From positions 32,001 through 96,000 of IMG/VR virus record IMGVR_UViG_3300020477_000014: 64,000 nt of DNA; one strand, 5' to 3'. Shown one piece after another: positions 18,187 to 28,191 of the stretch (position 1 is its first letter; every line of letters begins with the position of its first letter). The notes beneath the pieces were generated by a model. That model was not told the origin of the DNA, searched no databases, and saw nothing but the letters and a program-made list of their open reading frames with translations. Both the position numbers and the translations under genes were made by a program. This stretch comes from a virus.

Positions 18187-18853
18187 AAAAAATCATTATT
18201 TTACACAAGTTCATGAAGATGCCATTATACGATATGCGCGCATCACATGCTCTAAAGAGCGTACTGAGCTTTATATAAAATATATTGGTCCGGCGTTTAA
18301 TGAAATGGTAGACAAAATTGTTTTTACCTATAAATTTACTACGTTACCTAACATTGATCATTTGCGCGATGAGTGTAAAATATGGCTGATGACTATCTTG
18401 GATAAATATGATCCGAGTAAGGGCTCCAAGGCATTTTCCTATTTTAGTGTTATAACTAAAAATTGGTTTATACACAAGGTAAAGCGTCAACAAAAACGTA
18501 ATCTGCGGGAAGTTGATTATGAAAACATATCTAAAACTTACGAAGAAGAATATTTATCCACAACAGACTCTTATGTGAGTGATAGGATTGAACAAGAATT
18601 CTGGGAAAGTTTTTATAAAGAACTGAATTCTTGGGATGTAGAGAGCATGAAAGATAACGACGTTAAAGTTTACGAAGCTATTAAAGTACTTTTTGAGTCC
18701 AAGGAAGATATTGAAATTTTTAATAAAAAAGCTATTTATTTGTATCTAAGAGAAATCACTGGTTTAAACACCAAGCAAATAGTAAATTCTCTTAAGAAAT
18801 TTAGAAAAAAATATTCAATATTTAAAGAAGATTGGGAGAAAACAGGGCTATGA
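18119..18853 (+). CDS. Phage sigma-factor-like protein (possible late sigma)
   Basis: DKYDPSKGSKAFSYFSVITKNW resembles sigma70 region 2. C-terminal LREITGLNTKQIVNSLKKFR is HTH-like. Start could be ATG 18164. Confidence 0.55.
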   Translation: MTTKTPPPKKPKAKRMTRRRSRKKNHYFTQVHEDAIIRYARITCSKERTELYIKYIGPAFNEMVDKIVFTYKFTTLPNIDHLRDECKIWLMTILDKYDPSKGSKAFSYFSVITKNWFIHKVKRQQKRNLREVDYENISKTYEEEYLSTTDSYVSDRIEQEFWESFYKELNSWDVESMKDNDVKVYEAIKVLFESKEDIEIFNKKAIYLYLREITGLNTKQIVNSLKKFRKKYSIFKEDWEKTGL

Positions 18854-19152
18854 AGAAAAAAGATTTAGATACCTTAATGGATGAAGCCCTTCAAAATATT
18901 CGAGATGATCGTAAGATTGCCCGTGAATTTTTAAATGAAATCGCAAATCAAATAGCGCACGATCCTGACAAAAACAGATCACTCTCCCCAGTAGCTGCTA
19001 AACACGTAGAGACAATGCAACGCTCGAACGAGCAATTAGTTAAGTTAATATCTCTACGACAAAAAGATAAATCTAAGAATATAGAATTGAGCGACGAAGA
19101 TAAAAGCAACATTTTTGATATGATTCAACATGGAGCCTCTATTAATGGCTAA
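18850..19152 (+). CDS. Hypothetical helical protein
   Basis: ATGA-coupled start at 18850; coiled-coil character. Confidence 0.65.
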   Translation: MKKKDLDTLMDEALQNIRDDRKIAREFLNEIANQIAHDPDKNRSLSPVAAKHVETMQRSNEQLVKLISLRQKDKSKNIELSDEDKSNIFDMIQHGASING

Positions 19153-20326
19153 CAACCGCCCTAAGACATCAGCAGAACAGATTCTGGCGGTACCGCCTGA
19201 CGAATTAGGGTTTCAGGGTACCCGCACCGCATTTAATTATGATACTTTCGGTGTGGATTCTAATTTTTTCGTAAGAGTTTTGACAATCCCCCTTCCAATT
19301 AATAATTTTAGTATTAATTCATGGCGCGCCGGTACGGCTCAAGCGTCGACCGCTGGAAATTCATCGCAAGATCAATTGGGGCGAGAAAGACTGCGCACTC
19401 CTTCCTACCAATTCATGGGAAGAATAGTCGGATCTGATGATAGGCCGTCTCCCCATCAAATGATCCCCGATCCCAACAATAGTAGTCTTTTTAAGTGCGA
19501 CAAAGCTATCGCTCAAGCTATTATGCAACACACTCTTTTTGTTTCTCAAAATGGACACCAGGGGAAGATTCCCAAGGTGGGAGATATTTGCAAGGTAAAG
19601 CTGTTGCCTGGAGATTTTAAATTTAATCTTCAAAATGCTTTTTTTGATGAGTTGACTGTGGTCAATGATGGCACCAACACGTACAACACATACGCTAGAA
19701 CTAATTCCAAGTCTGTGTTTAATAATCATCAAAAAAAGGCTCAACAATTAGGCGCGCCACAAACCGCCACTTATCATGGCGAAATGAATGAACATGGAGT
19801 ATCCCAAGATCTAGAAATAATAAACGGCAAACTTCCTCAGAGTATTTTACGTACTGTTGGTCATCGTCCATCGGCAGATCCCAAAGATCAGATTTATTCT
19901 AAACCCGCGACAATATTGGTGGACATGATGGGGGATTATAAGAAGCTTACGGATGCATTCTATAATGATTCCGCAGAAATCTACGGTCAGCCAACTCTAT
20001 TTCCTGTAAAACGAGTTTATCGGTCTTATGAGAGACAAGTTCAGGTGAAAGCACTGGAATTGTCTGGCGAAGGAGCCCATGCGGCTACTCCGGGAACGTC
20101 TATTCATGGTTGGGGATTTGCTATCGATATGCATACAACAGACGGAGATGGAGTAAGTAGTTTCCGCGGAAAGGTATACCTTTGGATGGATAAAAATGCT
20201 GGAAGGTATAATTTTGTTAACCCATCTTGGGCGCGCGAGGGCAAAAAGAAAGCAGAAGCATGGCACTGGGAATGGACTAAAGGCTGCGAAATACTAAAAT
20301 CTGATCAGATTAAGTGCGAAAAATAA
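19145..20326 (+). CDS. Baseplate hub gp5-like protein with C-terminal M15 (VanY-like) zinc peptidase
   Basis: Likely ATG 19145 after GGAG. IPKVGDICKVKLLPGD is gp5/VgrG OB-fold-like. YRSYERQ, TSIHGWGFAID (SxHxxGxAxD) and EAWHW (ExxH) are M15 motifs. Confidence 0.75.
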   Translation: MANNRPKTSAEQILAVPPDELGFQGTRTAFNYDTFGVDSNFFVRVLTIPLPINNFSINSWRAGTAQASTAGNSSQDQLGRERLRTPSYQFMGRIVGSDDRPSPHQMIPDPNNSSLFKCDKAIAQAIMQHTLFVSQNGHQGKIPKVGDICKVKLLPGDFKFNLQNAFFDELTVVNDGTNTYNTYARTNSKSVFNNHQKKAQQLGAPQTATYHGEMNEHGVSQDLEIINGKLPQSILRTVGHRPSADPKDQIYSKPATILVDMMGDYKKLTDAFYNDSAEIYGQPTLFPVKRVYRSYERQVQVKALELSGEGAHAATPGTSIHGWGFAIDMHTTDGDGVSSFRGKVYLWMDKNAGRYNFVNPSWAREGKKKAEAWHWEWTKGCEILKSDQIKCEK

Positions 20327-20345
20327 GAATAGAGGATGAAATTAA

Positions 20346-21296
20346 ATGAGTGGTCCTAAAAAACCAATTTATACTACTGAAGCTTTCGGGGAATCAACCC
20401 GCGACGAGATCCCCCCCACACTTGGCGAGAGACTTAAGACGAGCGAGCCTGTAGATGGCGTAGGCGACAATGATGGTATAATGAATACCAATGTTTGTGA
20501 GCCTATTTATAATTACATACCGGCTCAAAACGATGCCTTGGTAGGAAAGCACGATGGAAGTTGCCAGATTGTTTTCGGTAGGGATAGACCGGCTTCGTTG
20601 GCGTCTGGTTATGGAGGAAAAGGCGCCCAAGGCGCTGGCGCCATCGATATTGTTGTCGGAAGAGCGTCATCTCAAGCTTTGCCTGACGGAAGTCAAGTAC
20701 ACCCTAATTTTGCTGCGGATGCCGGCAGAATCTATATTAGCCAGATGACAGATATAGATACAAATTTTGGTATTATCGAAGGCAAAGGGGGCAGCGTCAT
20801 CGGAAAATCTGGGATTGGCATTAAAGCAGACACAGTTCGTGTTATTGGTCGTCGTGGTGTAAAGATTGTGAGCGGCAAGACTTCTGCCTTTAAAGGCGTA
20901 GGCATGGAGGGCGAAAAGGATGCATTTAGTTCAAATATATCCCAACCAGCACCTCCCATTGAGTTGATTGCTGGAAATAATGAAAAAAATCTACAAGGTG
21001 TTGCAATGGGAAAGAATACCAGAGATACTTTGATGGAACTTGCGATGATTGTGAGCGATCTGACATCTGCGGTCCAAAATATTGCACTATTGCAAACAAC
21101 TTATAATTCTATCAATGCTCTGGATCCTGGTCGACCTTGGATGGTGGCAGTTGGGTGTTATACCGCACAAGCTTACGTTGAGTATATTCTTTCATCAGTA
21201 TGGCAAATAAGAGCCAATCAATGGGTGTGGGAAAGAACCTATATGGATCCATATTCGCCTCACGGACCTGAAAGCCGGAATGTCTTCACAACATAA
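20346..21296 (+). CDS. Putative baseplate spike/hub-associated protein
   Basis: Gly-rich short beta-strand repeats (SGIGIKADTVRVIGRRGVKIVSG), located between the gp5-like gene and the wedge genes. Confidence 0.45.
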   Translation: MSGPKKPIYTTEAFGESTRDEIPPTLGERLKTSEPVDGVGDNDGIMNTNVCEPIYNYIPAQNDALVGKHDGSCQIVFGRDRPASLASGYGGKGAQGAGAIDIVVGRASSQALPDGSQVHPNFAADAGRIYISQMTDIDTNFGIIEGKGGSVIGKSGIGIKADTVRVIGRRGVKIVSGKTSAFKGVGMEGEKDAFSSNISQPAPPIELIAGNNEKNLQGVAMGKNTRDTLMELAMIVSDLTSAVQNIALLQTTYNSINALDPGRPWMVAVGCYTAQAYVEYILSSVWQIRANQWVWERTYMDPYSPHGPESRNVFTT

Positions 21297-21326
21297 GATG
21301 AAGAATGAAGAGAAAGAGGAATAATC

Positions 21327-24300
21327 ATGGCGGAATCTAAATTTTTAAAATGGCAAGATCAGAACGGCGACGGCTTGATAGATGTCTGTAAAGTAGATGT
21401 TCCTTCTAAAGAACTTCCAGATTGCCCAGAATGCAAGCCGGATCCGGCTTACGTAGCTCCGGATTGGAAAGAGCGCAACCAAAATCAGCCTTGGTATGAT
21501 GCGAAGCGCTTAGAATATCATATTACGGTGGTGTGCGAAGAGACGTCTATTACTCCTTTTGAAAATGCCAGCGACGAAGAGGCAGCGGATTATGTCAAGT
21601 CGCTATTTAGAAAGTATCAAGAAGAAGCAATTGAAAATTTATTGTTACATTTCAATAAGTTAGATTCTGAACTGATTCGCAATATGGTTCGAGAACACTT
21701 GAATTATCATCGGCATTACTTGGACGCACGTCCAGGATCGAAAGTTCGATTATTATACGGAATAGCTTGCGAGAATTTCATCAATCTTCCGGAAAGAATA
21801 GAAGACGAGGGTGACGAACCAGAAGAAACCGGCCCAACTGTGGTTTTATACCGCGGCGATGATATATTTCCAAAATTAATGAAATTTAGAAAAGCAATGA
21901 ATTTGTATGCGAGGTATTATCGAGTATACCAAGCTTTAAACAGGGGCACTCTTGTTGAAGTAGAGAGTGGTAAAATATTTTCTCCTAAACAATTGCAAGA
22001 ATTCGGAGACAATGGCTTCCATAAAAGTATCATGCGAGATATGATTTATGGTTTGGATGGGTGGCTTAATCAGAAAGGATTAAATTTGCCCGGCTTCGGG
22101 GGCTTGGGTGGGCTTTTTGACGACAAGGTTACCAAAATTGAATTCACTTTTAGTAAAACTTATATTCTTAAAAAAATCCGAGCATGGTCGGTCAAGTGTG
22201 GTGATGTCCCGGCGGTATTCTCCCGGAAGCAATTGAGATTGTTGAAATCTCAAAGAGGCTGGAATTCCCCCCGAGCATGTGCTTATTTTGCCAAACTCGA
22301 TGAAATAGAACAAGATCTTACAGCTAGAGAGCCGGCACCATGGCTGGAGTTCATTGAGAAATATACATATCCGGCAGTAGTGGGTAATGAAAATTATGGG
22401 ATCGATGGAACATCTTGTATCGGCGATATGTTACGCCAAGAAGCTAAAGCTTTAGGGCAAGATATTTTAGATGATGTCTTCAGTCTCGGGGACGCAATCG
22501 CCTATGCTTTTAATAAAAGTATGTGTGAACCAGATTTGCACGACATTGAAGTGATGAGAGAGAAGTTGGGGCTTGTGCCGGAACCCGGTGAACCAAAGGG
22601 GCTTAAAGCTATTAATGCTCATAATGTTTTTGGTGTGGCAATGGAGCAGGCTTTCAAGCAAATGGAGGCGCGAGACACTGTTTTTGTTGAATTTTGTCAA
22701 CTTATTGCTAGCGGATTTGGAACATCAAGTGCCGCGGCAGGTCAGGCGGAAGGCGGAGGCGGAAGTGTTGACGATGCCACCGGCGTGAGTGATGTGAAGG
22801 AAGTAGCTAGTTCGGCTATTTCCGGAAATATGACTAATGTGTTGTGGAGCGCCTTGGATCGTATTAAGATTTGTGGGCTAAAGAGTATAGCTTTAGATGT
22901 GTTGCGTTGTTTGTTAAATGGCGTGAGCCTCGAGCAAGCGTTGGGGAGGATTGTCAAGAGCGCCCTCAAGGCACTCTCGATAGACAATTTTGGTAAATTG
23001 TTTATTGGTTTGCCTCCGGAGAAACAACAAGAGCTTGATGCGCTCGTAAGAAAGAAGATAGAAGAAGGAAATATAGCCAAGGACGGCGCACCATTATCGA
23101 GGGTGTCGATCGAAATTAACAGGCCGTGGGATAATCAAGCCACACAAATGAATCCAGATGCCACAGTGGGAGATATGGTGTCTCCTGGCGACGTTAGTGC
23201 GCTAAATAATGAAAAATCACAACCTACGGATCGCACTCTAGCTCAGCGGTTCGACCCGCAGGCTAATACTGAAGGGCTGGATCCGAACATTGTTTTAGAA
23301 GCATATGTTATTGCTCTCATTGAAGTGTATAGTGATGACTTGTTGTCATTAGTTGATAAATTAAATGATTTTCCAGGATATCCGCTGCTTGCACGAACAA
23401 TTGCCAATTGGGACTGCCCTGTGCCTCCTATGTTTGATCCTAATTTTTTAGACTTTATTAGGAGCGTGGATACTCCGTTTTGTACTGGCGTTGATGATAT
23501 TGTGCTTCCGAAGCTAATTAATCCTTTTGCGTGGATTCCCAAGTATAATGATTTATATGCGGCTGGGTTTGAAATGCTCAGAGTGGCAGTACAAAGAATT
23601 ATTGTGGCTATTATCATTAAATTGATAGTTAAGATTTGTGAGACTTTAGGAAAACTTTTGTGCAAAGGTCTGGGAGCCATTGGACAAATAGGTAAGGGAA
23701 ATATTTTAGATATTTTGAAAGAAGGCTTGTGTGGGCCAGGCATGTCTCAGCAACAAGTAGAAGATACACTAGCCGAAATGTTTGCTAAATTTGGTGTCGG
23801 CGGTGCTGCATTTGCCAACCAAGAAGCTACACTTTCTTATTTTGCAGACCTTTCCCAAGCAGTAACGCGCGCAGAATTATTGAGCGCCTTCCAGGGGGAG
23901 ATGTCTCCCCAAATGGCGATGATTGCCGATAATTTAATTGAATTTGAATATGGAGAATTTCGAGAGGGGCTGCCAACACCCGAGTCGATTGCTACCATGT
24001 TTGCAGACGCAGGCACTTTATTCCCCGCAGACGTCCGTAACGCGATGCAAAACTTCTTAAATGATCTTCCTCCGGATGATTTTGCTCCGGCGAATCCTAC
24101 ATTATGTGCCACTCCCGAACAGCTTGAGCAATTTTGTCAAATTCGTGAAGAAATGTTGATGGGAAGAGCGACGTCCAACCAGTCTCGAGAAATGTGCGAA
24201 GAATTACAAGAAGATTTGCTAGACGAACTCGAAGCTATTGCAGACATCCTTCAAGAACCCAGAGGGCCCTTGGCGAACGCACTACCCCCACTTATGACCG

Positions 24301-27300
24301 GTCCGGGCGCCAGTGGCGATGACTGTGTTCCCTCTTTGCTCCCATTTGAACCAGATGCCAACAAGAAAGCGGCAGCAACAGTTCAGAAAGGGAATTTAAG
24401 CCAATTGGAATTAGCATTTACTAAAGATATGCTAGGTAATGGTCCCGGAGAAAAGAACTGGGGAATGTTGAACATGGTATTGTCAGATACGATGGGGCAG
24501 CCATTAACTGCTCATTGGCGCAAAGCTAACAATCGCACAGCTTATGTTGATTTTATTACAGATAGCGAAAACGATCCGGACGCCGGTGACGACAAGAAGT
24601 GGCTGTTTTTTACAGATCCGGCGCCCACACCTAGACAATATGGGGCTCATCCTGAAAAAGTAGCCGACTGGCTTCAAAGTCAGTTATTGGAGTTGAACAC
24701 CTCATTTAATTTAAACAACTCTTGGTCACCCGCATATTTAGGATATCCTAAGACTTTCGAAGAATTAGGAATAGATAGAGGCAACACCAAAGATCCGGAT
24801 ACGACCGGTTTGGGCGACCTGGGCTATGGCGTAGACTTTAGGGTTGATGGAGAGAACCGAACTGTACGCTTTACTGTTAATGGTCGGAAGGATCTTCCAG
24901 ATTGCACATACCGATTTCGCGATAACAATAAGGGGAGAAAAGAACATCTGGGTACCGAGTATTTGTACGGATTCGACGTCGAGTTATATGTGGCAGACTT
25001 ACACAAGAACAACGGAGAAGTATCCAACGTTGGTGATGCTTTTAAGCGCGGGAATTCACGACGTACTCCAGGAGATGTGTCGCGCATAAAGGTCATGGAA
25101 TACTTTAATTTCGGAGAAGCAGACGACTCACATCTTACTGATATGATGACAGAGGACCAGAAAAAAGAATATGAAAAGAGCAAGGAAAAGACCCCTCAAA
25201 TAATTACCTCCCCGCTTTATGAATTTAGATGTAGCGATGATACGTTTTCTACTATCAACGAAAGAGACTCCATTACTTTGAGGTCCTACACTGACTTTAA
25301 TGAATGTTTTTCATCTTTAAAACCATATTCCCCAGGAGTATATCTTTTATATGATATCATTAAGCGTAATCAGAGTGTCTCCACTTTATCACTTCCAACT
25401 ATCGAATCTCACATTGACAGCGTGATGAATGAGATAAACATTGAGATGGCGTCAGTAATTAGTTCCAATCCCACACCTTTTCAATATGGTGCGAAATATG
25501 ATAATATTGGTACCAAAATGTACGATTATGTTATTGGACCTAACACTTTAGGATATCCCGAAGACACTCTTTATAGCGATGTTGAAATAGACGGAGAGCC
25601 GATCAAGGAAGCAGATGCGGTCATGGGGATTAGTTATGATCAGTATGAAAATGGAAACGAGGCTCGCGTTTTTTATTTGAACCCTGCCACTTATGGCGGA
25701 AAATATACGCGCCCGGCGGCTTACGTAAAACCAGTTAAGCTTGAAGGGTGGATGGGAATGGTTACAGTTATGTTTCCTGACTTTACGCCATGCAAGCCCC
25801 GAACTACTGATATTATAGATTTTCAAGGGATCCAAGAAGAAGTCCAAGAAATATATTATAAAATCCCAGACGACCAGCGGCTTCGATCAGATCCGGATTG
25901 TATAGTAGAAAAGCCATATAATCGTATTTTGCAGCGAGCTAGTAAAGCGGGGCTTTTGGGTCTGATCAAAGCATCTTGCCGGATATATGCCACAACACAT
26001 TTCTTAAAATCATTTGCGGCTTTTGCAACTTTTTCTCCCAAATTCCCACAGAACTATAGCGATATTTATGCGGCTTATATTGTAGAGGACATGGAAAAAT
26101 CTTTTAAAGATGCTCAAGGGGCTGGATGGGAATTTTTTAATCCTTTTAAAGATGGCGAGTTTTGGTATGGTTTTTTAGAACAATCAGTTCAGGCTTATAA
26201 TTTATTATTAGATTCTGGTGAAATTACTGATCCTCCCAAGCAAGTATTAGAAGCCATGTTTGCACTGAATGATATTCAGGCTGCTTTTGAATATCCGTTT
26301 CGTAGGGATTTACGAAAAGCAAAGAAATTACGAGAAGTGAGACTGATTAAGACTCTCAAAAATTACAGAATGGAGAAAAATCTCGAAGCCGTTCAGGCTT
26401 CCGAAGAAGCAGCAAAAGTAATTTTAAAGGAATTTGTGAAGATGGAACTTAATATAATGGGTGAGAAATTTCTTTCTAATTTGGAAGAAAGTTTAGCTCC
26501 CGTTTCAGGTCCATATGCCACCGGTACCGTTGGGAAATTTAGACCCACATACACAGAGATCGATTACTATTTTTTGCAAAACCATGTATATGGCGCCGGC
26601 AATCTGGATTTAGATAAAGAAATCAAAGAAACAGTTGATACTCACCATTTAGAGGAATCTGGAAGCGATCATTATACTGCTGGCGGCGCGTTGGCTAAGC
26701 CGGATGGTACCGAGTATTCTGGTTTTTATCACGTACACACAACAGCAGATAATGAAGATGTTTACATGGCTGGCGCGTACCATAGTGAAGACACTCATGA
26801 TGTTTTGACTATCCTAGCAAATGTAATAAAAGTCCCCATCGGTGACGTCCAAAATTTTGGAGACTCTATTGATTTAAATAGCAAGTTTGTATTGGAAAAA
26901 TATACTTCTATAAATGGAATCAAATATTCCCCAAGCGATGCCTATTCGGAGATTATGAGTGCTGCCAATCCACCAGAAAAAAACCTTTCAGATATTTATC
27001 CGGGCACCCTTCAAGAGGTCACGAATCTTGAAACCGGCGCTGTCACAGGAATCACTGGCGAACTAGGCGTACGCCACGGATTAAGATTTTCTACTATAAT
27101 AAATGGAGTTGTGTATGAACTGACAACGGTTGAAGTCGATGCTTTAGATGTCAAGATAGCCAATTACTCCCCACTGACAGGCGATAGCAAGTTGTTGTTA
27201 TGTCTCCTTAATCATTTGCGAGATGACTTTATTTTTAAAATGTGTGTTCAATATATCTTTCCAATGAAAAAGATCTTATCAACGTTGGCCATTTACACTG

Positions 27301-27779
27301 ATTTGGGGTTTTTAAATTCTATTGGCGAAGTTACCGTAGAAGATGGAATGACACAGCCTAATTTTGAGAATCCCAAACCAAGCTTTGACGAAAAGCCTGG
27401 AATGAAAGTGAAATTTCACAATTGGGAACAAACACCACCAGATTTTACTCCAAGCTACGAATCCACTGCTGGCTGGTCAAGCTATAGCGACAGAAATCAG
27501 CCGTTTACTCCATTTGTGTTAGATTGGGATGATTGGGATAGAGAGATTTTACGAAACTCTAAAAGCAAAATTAAGCGTCTTTTTCGTGTGTATTATACTT
27601 CACGAAAATTTGAACCCTTTGATGACGATAAGGGCGCCGGCACCGTAAAATCTGCCACTCGCAATTTACGAGAGGCTTTTCGAAGACCATCGTCAGCACG
27701 GATGCCTTGGTTTTGGCGTCGTCGATTGCGTCCTAATGTTTTTGATCGGAATGGAAAATTGTGCGATAAAAATGAATAA
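21327..27779 (+). CDS. 2150-aa putative virion structural protein
   Basis: Uninterrupted ORF with RBS (GAGGA) inside the baseplate module. No recognisable catalytic motif. Confidence 0.6.
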   Translation: MAESKFLKWQDQNGDGLIDVCKVDVPSKELPDCPECKPDPAYVAPDWKERNQNQPWYDAKRLEYHITVVCEETSITPFENASDEEAADYVKSLFRKYQEEAIENLLLHFNKLDSELIRNMVREHLNYHRHYLDARPGSKVRLLYGIACENFINLPERIEDEGDEPEETGPTVVLYRGDDIFPKLMKFRKAMNLYARYYRVYQALNRGTLVEVESGKIFSPKQLQEFGDNGFHKSIMRDMIYGLDGWLNQKGLNLPGFGGLGGLFDDKVTKIEFTFSKTYILKKIRAWSVKCGDVPAVFSRKQLRLLKSQRGWNSPRACAYFAKLDEIEQDLTAREPAPWLEFIEKYTYPAVVGNENYGIDGTSCIGDMLRQEAKALGQDILDDVFSLGDAIAYAFNKSMCEPDLHDIEVMREKLGLVPEPGEPKGLKAINAHNVFGVAMEQAFKQMEARDTVFVEFCQLIASGFGTSSAAAGQAEGGGGSVDDATGVSDVKEVASSAISGNMTNVLWSALDRIKICGLKSIALDVLRCLLNGVSLEQALGRIVKSALKALSIDNFGKLFIGLPPEKQQELDALVRKKIEEGNIAKDGAPLSRVSIEINRPWDNQATQMNPDATVGDMVSPGDVSALNNEKSQPTDRTLAQRFDPQANTEGLDPNIVLEAYVIALIEVYSDDLLSLVDKLNDFPGYPLLARTIANWDCPVPPMFDPNFLDFIRSVDTPFCTGVDDIVLPKLINPFAWIPKYNDLYAAGFEMLRVAVQRIIVAIIIKLIVKICETLGKLLCKGLGAIGQIGKGNILDILKEGLCGPGMSQQQVEDTLAEMFAKFGVGGAAFANQEATLSYFADLSQAVTRAELLSAFQGEMSPQMAMIADNLIEFEYGEFREGLPTPESIATMFADAGTLFPADVRNAMQNFLNDLPPDDFAPANPTLCATPEQLEQFCQIREEMLMGRATSNQSREMCEELQEDLLDELEAIADILQEPRGPLANALPPLMTGPGASGDDCVPSLLPFEPDANKKAAATVQKGNLSQLELAFTKDMLGNGPGEKNWGMLNMVLSDTMGQPLTAHWRKANNRTAYVDFITDSENDPDAGDDKKWLFFTDPAPTPRQYGAHPEKVADWLQSQLLELNTSFNLNNSWSPAYLGYPKTFEELGIDRGNTKDPDTTGLGDLGYGVDFRVDGENRTVRFTVNGRKDLPDCTYRFRDNNKGRKEHLGTEYLYGFDVELYVADLHKNNGEVSNVGDAFKRGNSRRTPGDVSRIKVMEYFNFGEADDSHLTDMMTEDQKKEYEKSKEKTPQIITSPLYEFRCSDDTFSTINERDSITLRSYTDFNECFSSLKPYSPGVYLLYDIIKRNQSVSTLSLPTIESHIDSVMNEINIEMASVISSNPTPFQYGAKYDNIGTKMYDYVIGPNTLGYPEDTLYSDVEIDGEPIKEADAVMGISYDQYENGNEARVFYLNPATYGGKYTRPAAYVKPVKLEGWMGMVTVMFPDFTPCKPRTTDIIDFQGIQEEVQEIYYKIPDDQRLRSDPDCIVEKPYNRILQRASKAGLLGLIKASCRIYATTHFLKSFAAFATFSPKFPQNYSDIYAAYIVEDMEKSFKDAQGAGWEFFNPFKDGEFWYGFLEQSVQAYNLLLDSGEITDPPKQVLEAMFALNDIQAAFEYPFRRDLRKAKKLREVRLIKTLKNYRMEKNLEAVQASEEAAKVILKEFVKMELNIMGEKFLSNLEESLAPVSGPYATGTVGKFRPTYTEIDYYFLQNHVYGAGNLDLDKEIKETVDTHHLEESGSDHYTAGGALAKPDGTEYSGFYHVHTTADNEDVYMAGAYHSEDTHDVLTILANVIKVPIGDVQNFGDSIDLNSKFVLEKYTSINGIKYSPSDAYSEIMSAANPPEKNLSDIYPGTLQEVTNLETGAVTGITGELGVRHGLRFSTIINGVVYELTTVEVDALDVKIANYSPLTGDSKLLLCLLNHLRDDFIFKMCVQYIFPMKKILSTLAIYTDLGFLNSIGEVTVEDGMTQPNFENPKPSFDEKPGMKVKFHNWEQTPPDFTPSYESTAGWSSYSDRNQPFTPFVLDWDDWDREILRNSKSKIKRLFRVYYTSRKFEPFDDDKGAGTVKSATRNLREAFRRPSSARMPWFWRRRLRPNVFDRNGKLCDKNE

Positions 27780-27807
27780 CTAGGATAATTATGGAGAGGT
27801 TTATTAT

Positions 27808-28176
27808 ATGACATCATTCGGAATAAAACTGCCCATCACCAGAGATGATATAAGTGGCTTTACGACATTGACTTCTTTTAAACAAACGATCAAGCAGAAT
27901 TTTAAAATGTTGTTGTTGACAAATCCCGGTGAAAGAGTCATGATCCCAGATTATGGAGTGGGGGTGAAGAGATATATTTTTGAAAATTATGGTTCAGGTA
28001 TAGAAGGAGAACTTAAGGCTAAAATAATGGAACAAGCGTCGTTTTTTATGCCTGTGATTCAAATTATGGACATCGACATTAACGCGTCAAGAATGGATGT
28101 GAATGAGTTGTCAATGAATATTTCTTATATTATCCCAGACACAGGGATACGGGATTTGCTAAAATTTACTATTTAA
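27808..28176 (+). CDS. Baseplate wedge subunit, gp25/GpW-like
   Basis: IKQNFKMLLLTNPGERVMIPDYGVGVKRYIFE is the gp25 family signature. Confidence 0.92.
   Translation: MTSFGIKLPITRDDISGFTTLTSFKQTIKQNFKMLLLTNPGERVMIPDYGVGVKRYIFENYGSGIEGELKAKIMEQASFFMPVIQIMDIDINASRMDVNELSMNISYIIPDTGIRDLLKFTI
28168..28175 (+). promoter_or_regulatory. Candidate late-promoter motif ACTA-N-TTA
   Basis: ACTATTTA 16 nt before the gp6-like ATG; the same motif precedes 48520 and 54387. Confidence 0.4.
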
Positions 28177-28191
28177 AAATGAGGATTTATT

